DNA of 64,000 nucleotides from Paracoccaceae bacterium (lineage in GTDB: Bacteria > Pseudomonadota > Alphaproteobacteria > Rhodobacterales > Rhodobacteraceae): the NCBI GenBank assembly GCA_013003075.1, contig JABDLJ010000012.1, forward strand, positions 1,956 to 65,955. The letters run 5' to 3'. This document shows positions 19,718 to 30,985 of the stretch, piece by piece. The stretch's first letter is position 1. The number at the start of each line of letters is the position of its first letter. The position numbers and the translations under genes are program-made. The notes under the pieces are model-generated. The model was not told the origin of the DNA. It saw nothing but the letters and a program-made list of their open reading frames with translations, and did no database searches.

Positions 19718-21328
19718 TCAGGCCACCTTCGGCCCCGTGGTGCCGGCAAAGGCCGCTTGCATCAACTCGCGTGTGTAGGGGTGCTCGGGCGCGCTGAAGA
19801 TCTGGGCGGCCGTGCCGCTTTCCACCACGTCGCCGCGCTTCATCACGATCACGTTGTGCGATAGCGCCCGGACCACTTTCAGATCGTGGCTGATGAAAAG
19901 ATAGGCCAGCCCGTTCTTGCGCTGCAACTCGCGCAGAAGCTCCACGATCTGCACCTGCACCGTCATGTCCAACGCCGAGGTCGGCTCGTCCAGAACCACC
20001 AGCTTGGGCTGCAGGATCATCGCCCGCGCAATCGCGATACGCTGGCGCTGCCCGCCGGAAAACTCGTGCGGGTAGCGATGCATCATGGCTGGATCGAGCC
20101 CGACCTCGGCCATGATCTCGGCCACCATCTGCCGCCGGTCCCGGCCCGGCTCGGTGCCATGCACCGTCAGCCCCTCGGCGATGATCTCTTCCACCGCCAT
20201 CCGCGGGCTGAGCGAGCCGTAAGGGTCCTGAAACACGATCTGCATATCGGCCCGAAGCGGCCGCAGCTCTTTTGACCGCAGCCCCTGGATATTGCGTCCC
20301 AGGAACGTCACGGGCCCGTCCGACGAGATCAGCCGCATGATCGCCAGCGCCAGCGTCGTCTTGCCGGAGCCGCTTTCGCCCACGATGCCCAGCGTCTCGC
20401 CCGCGCGCACCGAAATCGTCGCCGCATTGACCGCTTTGACATGCCCCACCGTGCGTTTCAGAAGCCCGCGGTGGATCGGAAACCAGATCCGCAACGCATC
20501 GGTCGATGCGATCTGCGGCGCATCCTCGGGCACCGGATCAGGCTCACCCACCGCCTCGGCGCTGAGAAGCTTGATCGTGTAGGGATGCTGGGGATTGTCG
20601 AAGATCTCGGCTGTCGGGCCGCTTTCGACGATCTTGCCGTTCTGCATCACGCAGACCCGGTCTGCGATCTGCCGCACGATCCCCAGGTCATGGGTGATGA
20701 ACAGCATCGACATGCCCATGTCGCGCTTCAATTCCGCCAGAAGCTCCAGGATCTGCGCCTGGATGGTTACGTCAAGCGCGGTCGTCGGCTCGTCCGCGAT
20801 CAAAAGCTCCGGCCCGTTGGCCAGCGCCATCGCGATCATCACCCGCTGGCGCTGCCCGCCCGACAGCTGGTGGGGATAGGAATTCAGCCGCATCTCGGGG
20901 TCCTGGATGCCGACCTTGGTCAGCAGTTCGATGATCCGCTCACGCGCCGCCGCGCCCACCAGCCCCTGGTGAAGCGCAATCGATTCCGCAAGCTGCTTTT
21001 CCAGCGTGTGCAGCGGGTTGAGCGAGGTCATCGGTTCCTGGAAAATGAAGCTGATGTCGTTGCCGCGCACCCGGCGCAGCTCGGCCTCGGCAGCGCCCAC
21101 CATCTGTGCGCCGAGATAAGTGATCGAGCCGTCGATGCTCGCGCTGTCGGGCAAGAGCGATACCGTCGACAGCGCGGTGACCGATTTACCGGACCCGCTT
21201 TCGCCCACCAGCGCGACCGTCTCGCCCTGATGCACTTCGAACGACACACCACCGACGGCCAGGCTATCCATGCCATCCTGCCGGAAGCTGACCGAGAGGT
21301 TATCTACCTTCAGGACCGGCTCGCTCAT
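19718..21328 (-). CDS. yejF: ABC transporter ATP-binding protein with two fused ATPase domains (YejF-like)
   Basis: Two Walker A motifs ([16 protein letters not shown]) and two LSGGQRQR signatures. Start at ATG 21328 ([13 protein letters not shown]) has an ATGA overlap with the upstream permease stop. Confidence 0.88.
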   Translation of the reverse strand: MSEPVLKVDNLSVSFRQDGMDSLAVGGVSFEVHQGETVALVGESGSGKSVTALSTVSLLPDSASIDGSITYLGAQMVGAAEAELRRVRGNDISFIFQEPMTSLNPLHTLEKQLAESIALHQGLVGAAARERIIELLTKVGIQDPEMRLNSYPHQLSGGQRQRVMIAMALANGPELLIADEPTTALDVTIQAQILELLAELKRDMGMSMLFITHDLGIVRQIADRVCVMQNGKIVESGPTAEIFDNPQHPYTIKLLSAEAVGEPDPVPEDAPQIASTDALRIWFPIHRGLLKRTVGHVKAVNAATISVRAGETLGIVGESGSGKTTLALAIMRLISSDGPVTFLGRNIQGLRSKELRPLRADMQIVFQDPYGSLSPRMAVEEIIAEGLTVHGTEPGRDRRQMVAEIMAEVGLDPAMMHRYPHEFSGGQRQRIAIARAMILQPKLVVLDEPTSALDMTVQVQIVELLRELQRKNGLAYLFISHDLKVVRALSHNVIVMKRGDVVESGTAAQIFSAPEHPYTRELMQAAFAGTTGPKVA

Positions 21329-22512
21329 TGAAACGTCTTTCTGGGATCGAACGCGTCGCGCACGCCCTCGAAGATGAAGACCAGAAGAGACAGCATGATG
21401 GCGAAGGTGAAGAACGCGGTAAAGCCAAGCCACGGCGCCTGCAGGTTTTGCTTGGCCTGCAAGGTCAGCTCTCCAAGCGAGGGCGCCGAGGACGGCAGAC
21501 CGAAGCCGAGAAAATCGAGGCTGGCAAGCGTCGCGATGGTGCCCGAGATCATGAACGGCAGCAGCGTCAGCGTTGCCACCATCGCATTGGGCAGCATGTG
21601 GCGGAACATGATCGTGGTGTTCGACACGCCCAGCGCCCGCGCCGCGCGCACGTATTCAAAGTTGCGCGCCCGCAGGAATTCCGCCCGCACAACGCCCACC
21701 AGCGCCGGCCAGCCGAAAAGGACGGTGATGAAGACCAAAAGCCAAAAGCCCCGGCCCAGGATCGCGAACAGGATGATGATGACGTATAGCGACGGGGTCG
21801 AGCTCCAGATCTCCAGGAAGCGTTGGAAGATCAGGTCGATCCAGCCGCCGAAAAAGCCCTGCACCGCGCCGGCCACGATGCCGATCGCGCTGGCCAGAAC
21901 CGTCACGATCAGCGTGAAGACAATCGACAGCCGAAAGCCATAGATCACCCGCGCAGCCACATCGCGCGCGGTGTCGTCGGTGCCAAGGATGTGGTTGGCA
22001 TCGGGCGGCGAGGGTGCCGCGCGACCGATATCGTTGATCGTGTCATAGCTGTAGGGAATGACCGGCCACAGCATCCAGCCCTGCTCGATCTCGGCGCCAT
22101 CCACGATCCCGTCCTCGGCATCGGCGATGATGCCTTCGGGGTCGTCGAAACAGCTTTCAAGCCCGCCAGACACGATCAGGCACTGCACCTCGATATCGCC
22201 ATAGACCGCCTCGGTGCGGAAATCCCCTCCGAAGGCGGTCTCGGGATAGAATTTGAAGATCGGCGTCATCACATCACCGCGATAGCCGACCAGGATCGGC
22301 TTGTCGTTTGCGATGAACTCGGCAAAGAGCGACAGCCCGAACAAAATGCAAAATAGGATCAGCGACCAGAACGCCCGGCCATTGCGCCGGAAGTTACGCC
22401 AACGGCGCTGGTTCAGCGGCGACAGCGAGAAAAACCCGCGCTTCGGTGCCGGCGGCACCAGGGGCGCACGCGCGGGATCGGGAAGCGGCTTTTGCGGCTC
22501 AGCGAGTGCCAT
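21325..22512 (-). CDS. yejE: ABC transporter permease (YejE-like)
   Basis: 395-aa multi-TM ORF of the oligopeptide-type permease family, placed within the operon. Confidence 0.85.
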   Translation of the reverse strand: MALAEPQKPLPDPARAPLVPPAPKRGFFSLSPLNQRRWRNFRRNGRAFWSLILFCILFGLSLFAEFIANDKPILVGYRGDVMTPIFKFYPETAFGGDFRTEAVYGDIEVQCLIVSGGLESCFDDPEGIIADAEDGIVDGAEIEQGWMLWPVIPYSYDTINDIGRAAPSPPDANHILGTDDTARDVAARVIYGFRLSIVFTLIVTVLASAIGIVAGAVQGFFGGWIDLIFQRFLEIWSSTPSLYVIIILFAILGRGFWLLVFITVLFGWPALVGVVRAEFLRARNFEYVRAARALGVSNTTIMFRHMLPNAMVATLTLLPFMISGTIATLASLDFLGFGLPSSAPSLGELTLQAKQNLQAPWLGFTAFFTFAIMLSLLVFIFEGVRDAFDPRKTFQ

Positions 22513-22514
22513 GC

Positions 22515-23594
22515 CTACCCCTCGCGCCGCTCAAAGTCGATCCGGGGATCGACGAACACATACATCAGGTCCGACAGGATCCCGACCACAAGGCCGACAA
22601 GGCCAAAGAAAAAGAGCGTGCCGAAGATTACCGGGTAGTCGCGCGCCACAGCCGCCTCAAAACCCAGCCGGCCCAGCCCGTCCAGCGAAAAGATCGTCTC
22701 GATGATCAGCGAGCCGCCGAAGAAGACCCCGATGAACACCGCCGGAAAACCCGCGATCACGATCAGCATCGCGTTGCGGAACACATGGCCATAAAGCACC
22801 CGCCGCTCGGGCAGGCCCTTGGCCTTGGCGGTAATCACGTATTGCTTCTTGATCTCGTCCAGAAACGAGTTCTTGGTCAGAAGCGTCAGCGTCGCGAAGG
22901 CCGAGATCGTGGAGGCCAAGACCGGCAGCGTGATATGCCAGAGATAGTCGATCACCTTGCCGATGGGCGAGAGCTGGTCGAAATTGTCAGAGGTCAGTCC
23001 CCGCAGCGGAAAGATCTGGTAGTAAGAGCCGCCGGCAAAAAGCACCAGCAGCAGGATCGCGAACAAGAAACCCGGAATGGCGTAGGCAGTGATGATCGCG
23101 CCGCTGGTCCAGGTATCGAACGGGCTGCCGTCCTTCACCGCCTTGCGAATGCCCAGCGGGATCGACACGATATAGGCAATCAGCGTCGACCAGAGCCCTA
23201 GCGTGATCGACACCGGCATCTTCTCCCAGACCAGATCCAGAACGCCGATGGACCGAAAATAGCTCTCGCCGAAATCAAAGCGGATGTAGTTCCACATCAT
23301 GCCCAGGAACCGCTCCAGCGGTGGCTTGTCGAAACCGAATTCCTTTTCAAGCTGGGCGATGAACTCCGGCGGCAGGCCCCGTGCGCCGACATAGCCTTCG
23401 GTCTGCGCCTCCTGCAACGCGTCGCCGCCGGTGCCGGAAATGCCTTCGAACACATCGCCATTGCCCTCAAGCTGGGCGATGATCTGCTCGATCGGCCCGC
23501 CGGGGACGAACTGGGTCAGCGCGAAGTTGATGATCATGATCCCCACAAGCGTGGGGATGACCAGCAAAAGCCGCCGTATGATATAAGCGCCCAT
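22515..23594 (-). CDS. yejB: ABC transporter permease (YejB-like)
   Basis: 359-aa multi-TM ORF with N-terminus [24 protein letters not shown], typical of DppB/OppB-type permeases. Confidence 0.85.
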   Translation of the reverse strand: MGAYIIRRLLLVIPTLVGIMIINFALTQFVPGGPIEQIIAQLEGNGDVFEGISGTGGDALQEAQTEGYVGARGLPPEFIAQLEKEFGFDKPPLERFLGMMWNYIRFDFGESYFRSIGVLDLVWEKMPVSITLGLWSTLIAYIVSIPLGIRKAVKDGSPFDTWTSGAIITAYAIPGFLFAILLLVLFAGGSYYQIFPLRGLTSDNFDQLSPIGKVIDYLWHITLPVLASTISAFATLTLLTKNSFLDEIKKQYVITAKAKGLPERRVLYGHVFRNAMLIVIAGFPAVFIGVFFGGSLIIETIFSLDGLGRLGFEAAVARDYPVIFGTLFFFGLVGLVVGILSDLMYVFVDPRIDFERREG

Positions 23595-23611
23595 CCCGGG
23601 TTACGCCTTTC

Positions 23612-25561
23612 TCACCGCAGCGCGCCAGAGGCGCGCAATGCTTCGCCCTTTTCTGCGTTGTACCACCAAAAATCCAACTCGCCGCGCGCATAAGACGGCA
23701 GCACCTCCGGATGTTCGTACATGTTGTAATACGCAACCGTGTGCACGCTCTTGAACCATTGCGGCACCCAGAAAAGCCGCGACCGCAGCACCCGATCGAG
23801 CGCCCGCACACCGGTCTTCATCTCGTCCTCGGTGGTGGCCCCGACGGTTTTTTCGATCAGCGCGTCCACCGCGGGATCCAGCAGCCCCATCAAGTTGCGG
23901 GTGCTTTCGGCGGCGGCCTCGGATCCGAACCACTGCTTCAGCCCGGTCGAAGGCTCCAGATCCATCGAGAACGAATGCGTGGTCATGTCGAAATCGTAGC
24001 TGCGCCGGCGGTCGGTCTCTTGTGCATAGTCCACCCTGTTCAGACTTGCGTCGATGCCGAGGCGCTGCAGGTTCTGAATAAACGGGTTGATGACCCGGTC
24101 GAAGGCCGGAGAGCTTTCCAGAACCTCGACCACAAGAAGCTCGCCGTCCTTGCGGCGCTTGCCATCGTCGCCGACAAGCCAGCCGGCCTCGTCCAGAAGC
24201 GCCGAGGCGCGGCGCAGGTTGCCGCGGTCAAGCTGGCGCGCGGACGAGGCGGGCGGCATCACCGCCTCTTCGGTCAGGATCGAAGGCTCAAGCATCCCCT
24301 GATCGACCAGCGGCTGCAAAAGCGTCGTCTCCGCCTCTGACGGCTTGCCCATCGCCATCAGGTCCGAGTTGCCCCAAAAGCTGTTCACCCGCTCATAAAG
24401 CCCGAAAAACAGCGTCTCGTTCGACCATTCGAAGTTGAACATCAGACCGATGGCCTCGCGCACGCGGGGATCCTGGAATTTCTGGCGCCGCAGGTTGAAG
24501 ACAAAAGACTGCCCCGGCGCAAGGCTGCCGTCGGGCAACTCGGTCTTGATGATATCGCCGTTCTGAACCGCTGGAAATTCGTAGCTTGTCGCCCATTGCT
24601 TGGAGCTGTTTTCAGAGCGGAACGTGTAGGCCCCCGCCTTGAACCCTTCCAGTGCCGCATTGCCGTCGGCGAAATATTCCACCCGGATGCGATCGAAATT
24701 GTAACGCCCGACATTGATCGGCAGGTCGGCGCCCCAATAGTTGGGATTGCGCTGGTAGACGATGCGCTGGTTGATATCGAAATCGCCCAGCATATAGGGG
24801 CCGGTGCCCATGGCAGGCTCCAGCCGGCTTTCGTCGATCCGCGCGCCGGTGCGCTCGAACCAGGCCTTCGACATCGCCGGCATTCCGCCCGCAAGCTCGA
24901 TCACGTCGCGGCGCGGCGCATCGGCAGCGAAGTTGAACTTGATGGTGTGATCGCCAAGCACCTCGACGCTGTCCACCTGGCTGCCGAAGGCGGCGCGGAA
25001 ACTGGGCAGGCCCTGCTCCATGAACTTGTCGAATGTGTAACGGATATCCTCGGCCGTCATCGGCGTGCCGTCCGCAAATGTCACCTCGGGGCGCAGGTTG
25101 AAGATCACCCAGTCCTTGCTTTGGGGGTATTGCATTGTGGTGCACAGCAGGCAGTAGGCTGCGGTGGGATCGTCCGCCACAACGGTCAGGATGTTCTCGT
25201 GCCCGATGGTCGACAGCGCCCCTGCCCGGCCCTTGCGGGTGTAAAGGTTGAAGCTGTCATAAGTGCCTGGCGCCCAGATAGAGATCTCGCCGCCCTTGGG
25301 CGCATCGGGGTTCACGTAAGCCAGATGCTGAAAATCGGGCCCGTATTTCAACTCGCCGAAGAACGAATAGCCGTGGCTTTCGATGATCGCCTCGTGGCTC
25401 TCGCCAAGCGCACCCGATGCCCAAAGCGCTACCAGCCCGCCCGCCAGGGCTGCAAGACCAGTCTGCATCAGGCCCGAACGCGGCTCTTGCCGGCTGGCGG
25501 CGATGGCGCGCGGCGCGCGCATGCGGGGCTCATGTGTCTGCGAGGCTCGGAAAGTGCTCAT
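23612..25561 (-). CDS. yejA: Extracellular solute-binding protein, family 5 (YejA-like peptide-binding protein)
   Basis: Large periplasmic binding protein. I place the start at ATG 25561 (MSTFRASQ), preceded by a GGAGGA RBS. The signal-like segment is GLAALAGGLVALWASGALG. The track extension to 25699 crosses AT-rich non-coding sequence. Confidence 0.85.
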   Translation of the reverse strand: MSTFRASQTHEPRMRAPRAIAASRQEPRSGLMQTGLAALAGGLVALWASGALGESHEAIIESHGYSFFGELKYGPDFQHLAYVNPDAPKGGEISIWAPGTYDSFNLYTRKGRAGALSTIGHENILTVVADDPTAAYCLLCTTMQYPQSKDWVIFNLRPEVTFADGTPMTAEDIRYTFDKFMEQGLPSFRAAFGSQVDSVEVLGDHTIKFNFAADAPRRDVIELAGGMPAMSKAWFERTGARIDESRLEPAMGTGPYMLGDFDINQRIVYQRNPNYWGADLPINVGRYNFDRIRVEYFADGNAALEGFKAGAYTFRSENSSKQWATSYEFPAVQNGDIIKTELPDGSLAPGQSFVFNLRRQKFQDPRVREAIGLMFNFEWSNETLFFGLYERVNSFWGNSDLMAMGKPSEAETTLLQPLVDQGMLEPSILTEEAVMPPASSARQLDRGNLRRASALLDEAGWLVGDDGKRRKDGELLVVEVLESSPAFDRVINPFIQNLQRLGIDASLNRVDYAQETDRRRSYDFDMTTHSFSMDLEPSTGLKQWFGSEAAAESTRNLMGLLDPAVDALIEKTVGATTEDEMKTGVRALDRVLRSRLFWVPQWFKSVHTVAYYNMYEHPEVLPSYARGELDFWWYNAEKGEALRASGALR

Positions 25562-25716
25562 GCAATCCTCCATCCTGTAGCGGGTGTCCTGTAGGGGCCT
25601 GTCCAGCTTTGTGCTCTTTATGTAGGATTTAAGGTAAATTTCCGAATGTCTAATGATCAAGTTGATAATATGTGAAGAAAGGGTGAAGCCCCCGGCCACA
25701 CGCCGACTTGCGCAGC

Positions 25717-25744
25717 AAAAAACCGCGCGCCCGGCGGCACGCGG
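25717..25744 (-). terminator. Rho-independent terminator downstream of the cytochrome c gene
   Basis: On the minus strand, CCGCGUGCC-GCCGG-GCGCGCGG (one mismatch in the stem) is followed by UUUUUU (plus-strand a-run 25717-25722). Confidence 0.65.
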
Positions 25745-25771
25745 CTGAAATGTTGCAACATGGCGGCCGGA

Positions 25772-26284
25772 TCAGCTGCCGATCGTCGCCAGGTACGCGA
25801 TCAGGTTGGCGCGGTCTTCGATGTCGCGCATGCCGTTATAGCCCATCTTGGTGCCGGGCAGCCAACCCTTGGGGTTCTTCAGAAAGCCCTGCAGATCGGC
25901 CGGCGTCCAGGCGCCGCCTGCTCCGGCAAGCGCCTCGGAATAGCCGTAACCATCGACGTTGCCCTTGTCGCGGCCCACGATGCCGTAAAGGTGCGGTCCG
26001 ACACCGTTCGCGCCGTCTTCCAGCTTGTGACACGCTGCGCACGGCCGCCACAGACCTTCACCGGCATCGGCGCTGGCCATCGCGAAGACTTCCTCGAAAT
26101 TCTCTTCCGGTGCCTCTTCTTCGGCCACGCCTTCAGCGCCTTCGACGGGAATCACGTAAGCCTGTTCTGAATGGCCATCGCCGACATGGTAGAGCGTCTC
26201 GGCCGCCCACTTTCCCAGCAGGAAAACAAGGAAAGCGCCGCAAAATGCGCCCAGGGCCTTGGTGATCGTCATTGTGTCGAGCAT
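25772..26284 (-). CDS. Membrane-anchored c-type cytochrome (cytochrome cy / c552-like)
   Basis: 170-aa ORF with an N-terminal TM anchor (ALGAFCGAFLVFLLG), an acidic linker (EGVAEEEAPEENFEE), a CAACHK heme motif and a class I cytochrome c C-terminal domain. Confidence 0.88.
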   Translation of the reverse strand: MLDTMTITKALGAFCGAFLVFLLGKWAAETLYHVGDGHSEQAYVIPVEGAEGVAEEEAPEENFEEVFAMASADAGEGLWRPCAACHKLEDGANGVGPHLYGIVGRDKGNVDGYGYSEALAGAGGAWTPADLQGFLKNPKGWLPGTKMGYNGMRDIEDRANLIAYLATIGS

Positions 26285-26397
26285 GTCGCGTCCCGTTCCG
26301 ATTTCGGTTTGAGCGCTATCTATCCGCTTCCATTGGCGGCTTTCAAGGGATATGAGCGCGGCGAATTGCCTTCATAGCCAAAAAGATACGGGAAACC

Positions 26398-27231
26398 ATG
26401 ACCGGTTCGATCGCTTTTCAGGGGGAACTGGGCGCCTATTCGCACCAGGCGTGCCACGAAACCTACCCCGAGATGGAGGCCGTCGCCTGTTCCACGTTCG
26501 AGGACGTGATCGAAACCACGCGCGCCGGTCGCGCCGATCTGGCGATGCTGCCGGTCGAGAACTCCACCTATGGCCGGGTCGCGGACATCCACCGGCTTTT
26601 GCCAGAAAGCGGGCTGCACATCGTCGCCGAGGCCTTCGTGCGGGTCCACATCAACCTTCTGGGTGTACCCGGCGCAACCGTGGCCGACATCAAGGAGGCG
26701 CACAGCCATCTTGTCCTCTTGCCGCAATGCTCGGGCTTTTTGCGCACGCACGGGATCGAGGGCAGGATCAGCACCGATAACGCCCGCGCCGCCCGCGACG
26801 TCGCCGCCGCGGCCGATCCCAAGGCCGCCGCGCTGGCGTCGGAAATGGCGGCCGAGATCTATGGGCTCGATATCCTCGCCCGCCATATCGAGGATCACGA
26901 CACCAACACCACGCGCTTTCTGGTGATGTCGCGCACTGCGGATCTGTCGCGCCGCGGCTCGGGCCAGATGCTTACGTCCTTCGTCTTCCGCGTCCGCAAC
27001 ATCCCCGCCGCGCTTTACAAGGCGATGGGCGGCTTTGCGACCAATGGCGTCAACATGACGAAGCTGGAAAGTTACATGGTCGACGGCTCGTTCTCGGCGA
27101 CGCAGTTCTACGCCGATATCGAAGGCCACCCCGACGATCGCAGCGTGCAACTTGCCATGGAAGAGCTGGATTACTTCACCGACGAGATCAAGCTTCTGGG
27201 CGTCTACCCGGCCGATATCGAGCACCGCTAG
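26398..27231 (+). CDS. pheA: Prephenate dehydratase
   Basis: 277-aa ORF starting IAFQGELGAYSH, with a TRF motif (NTTRFLVM) and a C-terminal ACT-like domain. Confidence 0.92.
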   Translation: MTGSIAFQGELGAYSHQACHETYPEMEAVACSTFEDVIETTRAGRADLAMLPVENSTYGRVADIHRLLPESGLHIVAEAFVRVHINLLGVPGATVADIKEAHSHLVLLPQCSGFLRTHGIEGRISTDNARAARDVAAAADPKAAALASEMAAEIYGLDILARHIEDHDTNTTRFLVMSRTADLSRRGSGQMLTSFVFRVRNIPAALYKAMGGFATNGVNMTKLESYMVDGSFSATQFYADIEGHPDDRSVQLAMEELDYFTDEIKLLGVYPADIEHR

Positions 27232-27252
27232 ACGCGCTGCGCCGGGGCCGGC

Positions 27253-27711
27253 CTAGGCGCTTCGGTTCTGGATCTCTGCGGCAAACCCCGCCACGCGATC
27301 GGAAAACCGCCGGCTAAGCGAGGCCTTCGCCAGCTTCAGCGACTGCACGAAAAGCCGCGCCGAGAAACTCGTGGGCCGCAAATCAAGCGACACCCGCAGC
27401 CGCGTCCGGGTCTGCGATAGCGCCAGTAGATCCACGACGAAAGTGCTCTCGACCCCCGCCGAGTGCGATTCCAGGACGATCCCCGTGGGCGTCCGCATCT
27501 CGGTCAGCTCGCTGGTGATCTCGCGGGTGCGGCCCCGGATCGGGATGCGGGTGCGCCAGGACATGCCGACGCCTTCCGCTCCGCCCGCGTCGATCCGCGA
27601 TACGTCGGCCCCGCGGCGCAGCACCTGCCGCTCGAAGTGATCGAAGTCGGTGACCGCAGCGAACACCGTATCGATCGGAGCCCGAATGTCTTCACGCGTC
27701 GAGAATTTCAT
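27253..27711 (-). CDS. SRPBCC family protein (polyketide cyclase/dehydrase-like fold)
   Basis: 152-aa ORF. The N-terminus (MKFSTREDIRAPIDTVFAAVTDFDHFE) fits the SRPBCC pattern. Confidence 0.7.
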   Translation of the reverse strand: MKFSTREDIRAPIDTVFAAVTDFDHFERQVLRRGADVSRIDAGGAEGVGMSWRTRIPIRGRTREITSELTEMRTPTGIVLESHSAGVESTFVVDLLALSQTRTRLRVSLDLRPTSFSARLFVQSLKLAKASLSRRFSDRVAGFAAEIQNRSA

Positions 27712-27759
27712 CGATCTCCCACACTGCCCGGATCTTTGTGCCTTGTTGTCGTTTTGCCG

Positions 27760-28722
27760 CTAATCCAGCGTGTCCGCAAGCCAGTGCGACAACAGAAAAT
27801 GCGCGATCGAGCCCTTGCGCGCCGGCGACATCCAAGTCACCTCGCCCGCGAACGCGTCGCGCACCGTCTCGCGGTCAATCCAGCGCGCGTCCTCGATCTC
27901 CATCGGGTCGATGGTGATCTCGGTGCCCAGCGCGTTGCCCCGGCAGCCGAACATCAGGCTGCTCTGAAACGGCCAGGGCTGAGACGCCAGGTACTCCACG
28001 GCGCCAACCCGTATGCCGGCCTCTTCGAAGACTTCACGCCGAACCGCGGCCTCCAGGCTCTCGCCGGGTTCGACAAAGCCCGCCAGCAGCGAATACATCC
28101 CGTCCGGCCAGCCGGGAGAGCGCCCCAGCAGCACTGAATTGCCGTGCGTGATCAACATGATGACCACCGGGTCGGTGCGCGGGAAATGGTGCCCGCCGCA
28201 CTCTTCGCAGACCCGCTGCCAGCCAGCCTGCTCTGGTACGCTCTTGGCGCCGCAACGGGCACAGAAAGGGTGCGTGGCGTGCCAGGCCAGGACCGCCTTG
28301 GCGGTGGCCACCAGTTCGGCGCCGCGCTGGGTCAGGCGGCTCATCACGCCGCGCAGTTCGGCAAACCGCGCCTCGCTCTGCAGCGCCGGGTGCTGCTGCT
28401 CGCTGGGATCGAAGAAAGCGCCAAGCGTGTCTGGCGTCTCTTCGGGCTCCCAGCCCGAGATGTCGCAGGCAAACCGCGGCGCACCATCGTCGAGCCCCAG
28501 AAAGACCGGCGGCTCGCCGGCCAACGCGATCACCGGATGCTTGGGCGACAGCCAGCCCGGGGCGCAGTCCTGCCCGACAAAAAGCGGCTTGCCGCGCCAG
28601 ATCGGCAACACCTTCGCATCGGCCTCGGCCAGAAGCTGCGCGATTCTCGTGCCATTGCCGCGCAGCTCGGCCGCGCGCTCCAGCCCCGATCCGCCGAAGG
28701 TTACCGTTTCGGCCAGTTTCAT
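27760..28722 (-). CDS. nudC: NAD(+) diphosphatase (NADH pyrophosphatase, Nudix family)
   Basis: Zinc ribbon CARCG...CEECG followed by Nudix box GFVEPGESLEAAVRREVFEEAGI. I place the start at ATG 28722 (MKLAETV) with a GGGAGAGG RBS. Confidence 0.88.
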   Translation of the reverse strand: MKLAETVTFGGSGLERAAELRGNGTRIAQLLAEADAKVLPIWRGKPLFVGQDCAPGWLSPKHPVIALAGEPPVFLGLDDGAPRFACDISGWEPEETPDTLGAFFDPSEQQHPALQSEARFAELRGVMSRLTQRGAELVATAKAVLAWHATHPFCARCGAKSVPEQAGWQRVCEECGGHHFPRTDPVVIMLITHGNSVLLGRSPGWPDGMYSLLAGFVEPGESLEAAVRREVFEEAGIRVGAVEYLASQPWPFQSSLMFGCRGNALGTEITIDPMEIEDARWIDRETVRDAFAGEVTWMSPARKGSIAHFLLSHWLADTLD

Positions 28723-28968
28723 GTCGCCTCTCCCATGCGCCCGCCTTGCCACGAGCCCCGCCCCAAGTGCAATGCAACCCAATGCGCGCTGGGGATTTTC
28801 AACCTCAAGTTGCGATATGCGCTCGGCGGCTCTAGGCTGAGCGGGCGCTCCTGCCTTCGAAGGCGCAAGATTTTATCGGTATGTCATGTTATCCTGTCGT
28901 CATCACATCGTATTTGACCGGCCCCTCGGTACCGCTGCCGGGCGCGCCGTTTCCAAGGGGGACCCTCA

Positions 28969-30948
28969 ATGCCACATAATTTCCTGTCCGCCATGAGCCG
29001 GCGCAGCTTTCTGGCCACTGGCACCGCCACTGCAGGGCTGACGCTTCTGCATCCGTTTTCGGCCAATGCCGCCGCGGGCCAGGCGCATCTGCGCATCATG
29101 GAAACCACCGACCTGCACGTCCATGTCTTCCCTTACGACTATTATTCGGACCGCCCGATCGACACCGTCGGCCTTGCCCGCACCGCCTCTATCGTCGAAG
29201 AGATCCGCGCCGAGGCCACGAATTCGATGCTTCTCGACAACGGAGACCTGATCCAGGGCAACCCGATGGGCGACTACATCGCCTACGAGCGCGGCATGAA
29301 GGACGGAGATCTGCACCCTATCGTCGAGGCGATGAACGTCGTTGGCTTCGATGCCGCCACGATCGGCAATCATGAGTTCAACTACGGGCTTGATTTCCTT
29401 TTGAAATCCACCGCCGGCGCTGACTTCCCCTGGGTGCTGTCCAATATCGCCACCAAACAGGGCGCCGCGCCGCGGGATGACACCACGCTTTACAAGCCCT
29501 ACGTGATCCTCGACCGCACCCTGACCGACGGCTCCGGGCAAGAGTACCAGATCAAGGTCGGCATCATCGGCTTCACCCCGCCGCAAGTGATGAACTGGGA
29601 CCGCCGGCACCTGGAAGGCAACGTTCAGGCCCGCGATATCGTCGAGACCGCCCGCGCCTGGGTACCTGAAATAAAAGAGGCCGGCGCCGACATCATCATC
29701 GCGCTCAGCCATTCCGGCATCGGCCCGGATGCCCATACCGACGGGATGGAAAACGCCTCGGTGCCGCTGGCCGCTGTCGACGGGATCGACGCGATCATGA
29801 CCGGGCACCATCACCTTGTCTTCCCCGGCCCGAAATACGAGACCACCGCCGCGGTCGATCCCGAAGCCGGCACACTGCACGGCAAGCCAGCCACGATGGG
29901 CGGCTTCTGGGGCTCGCACCTGGGCCTGATCGATCTGATGCTGGAAACCGATGGCGGGGCCTGGAAAGTGGTCAGCTTCGAAAGCAGCACCCGTCCGATC
30001 AGCCAGCGCAACGAGGACCGCTCGATCACCGCGCTCGTCGAAAGCCAGGGCGACGTTCTGGCGGCCGTCCAGCAGGAACATGACGAGACCCTCGCCTATG
30101 TCCGCCGCGCTGTCGGCAAAACTGCCGCGCCGCTGCACAGCTATTTTGCTCTCGTTGCCGACGATCCCTCGGTCCAGATCGTCAGCCAGGCGCAGAAATG
30201 GTACATCGGCGAGATGCTGGCCGGCACCGAGCATGAGGGCCTGCCGATCCTTTCAGCCGCAGCGCCCTTCAAGGCGGGTGGCCGCGGCGGGCCAGAATAC
30301 TACACCGACGTGCCGGTCGGCGATGTCGCCATCAAGAATGTGGCCGACCTCTACCTTTATCCCAACACGGTGCGTGCGGTGAAAGTCTCGGGCGCCCAGC
30401 TGAAGGACTGGCTGGAACGCTCGGCCGGCATGTTCAACCAGATCGAGCCCGGCAAGGCCGACCAGGTACTTCTGAACCCTGACTTCCCCAGCTACAATTT
30501 CGACGTGATAGATGGTGTGAGCTACCAGATAGACCTCTCGCAGCCGTCGAAATTCACCGCCAAGGGAGAGCCGCTGAACCCCGGGGCGAGCCGCATCAAA
30601 GACCTGATGTTCAATGGCCAGCCCGTGACCCCGGACATGGAGTTCGTGATCGCCACCAACAACTACCGGGCCTCGGGCGGCGGCGATTTTCCCGGCGCCA
30701 AGGGCGACACCATCATCTTCGAAGCCCCCGACACCAACCGCGACGTCATCGTCCGCTACATCGTCGAGCAGGGCACCATCGATCCCAAGGCCGACGCCAA
30801 CTGGAGCTTTGCCGAGCTTCCCGGAACCTCGGTCCTGTTCGACACCGGACCGAAGGCGGCCGACTACATCGACAGCGTCAAGGGCATGGCCATCACCCCG
30901 GCGGGTGACGGGCCCGAAGGCTTCGCGCGTTTCCGGATAGAGATGTAG
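28969..30948 (+). CDS. cpdB: Bifunctional 2',3'-cyclic-nucleotide 2'-phosphodiesterase/3'-nucleotidase-like metallophosphoesterase (CpdB/5'-nucleotidase family), Tat-exported
   Basis: 659-aa ORF with a twin-arginine signal ([19 protein letters not shown]), metallophosphatase motifs (DLHVHV, GNHEFN) and a C-terminal 5'-nucleotidase domain. Confidence 0.85.
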   Translation: MPHNFLSAMSRRSFLATGTATAGLTLLHPFSANAAAGQAHLRIMETTDLHVHVFPYDYYSDRPIDTVGLARTASIVEEIRAEATNSMLLDNGDLIQGNPMGDYIAYERGMKDGDLHPIVEAMNVVGFDAATIGNHEFNYGLDFLLKSTAGADFPWVLSNIATKQGAAPRDDTTLYKPYVILDRTLTDGSGQEYQIKVGIIGFTPPQVMNWDRRHLEGNVQARDIVETARAWVPEIKEAGADIIIALSHSGIGPDAHTDGMENASVPLAAVDGIDAIMTGHHHLVFPGPKYETTAAVDPEAGTLHGKPATMGGFWGSHLGLIDLMLETDGGAWKVVSFESSTRPISQRNEDRSITALVESQGDVLAAVQQEHDETLAYVRRAVGKTAAPLHSYFALVADDPSVQIVSQAQKWYIGEMLAGTEHEGLPILSAAAPFKAGGRGGPEYYTDVPVGDVAIKNVADLYLYPNTVRAVKVSGAQLKDWLERSAGMFNQIEPGKADQVLLNPDFPSYNFDVIDGVSYQIDLSQPSKFTAKGEPLNPGASRIKDLMFNGQPVTPDMEFVIATNNYRASGGGDFPGAKGDTIIFEAPDTNRDVIVRYIVEQGTIDPKADANWSFAELPGTSVLFDTGPKAADYIDSVKGMAITPAGDGPEGFARFRIEM

Positions 30949-30985
30949 GATACCGCCAGCCTATTCGGCATCGCGCCACGCCTGC

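Noticed and set aside
25656-25666. atcaagttgat considered as an FNR box upstream of the yej-like operon
   Set aside because: The half-sites are in the reverse arrangement (ATCAA-N1-TTGAT, not TTGAT-N4-ATCAA). I kept it only as an unexplained palindrome.
28966-30234. 422-aa minus-strand ORF opposite the CpdB-like gene
   Set aside because: It is a shadow ORF. The plus-strand gene has a Tat signal and metallophosphatase motifs.
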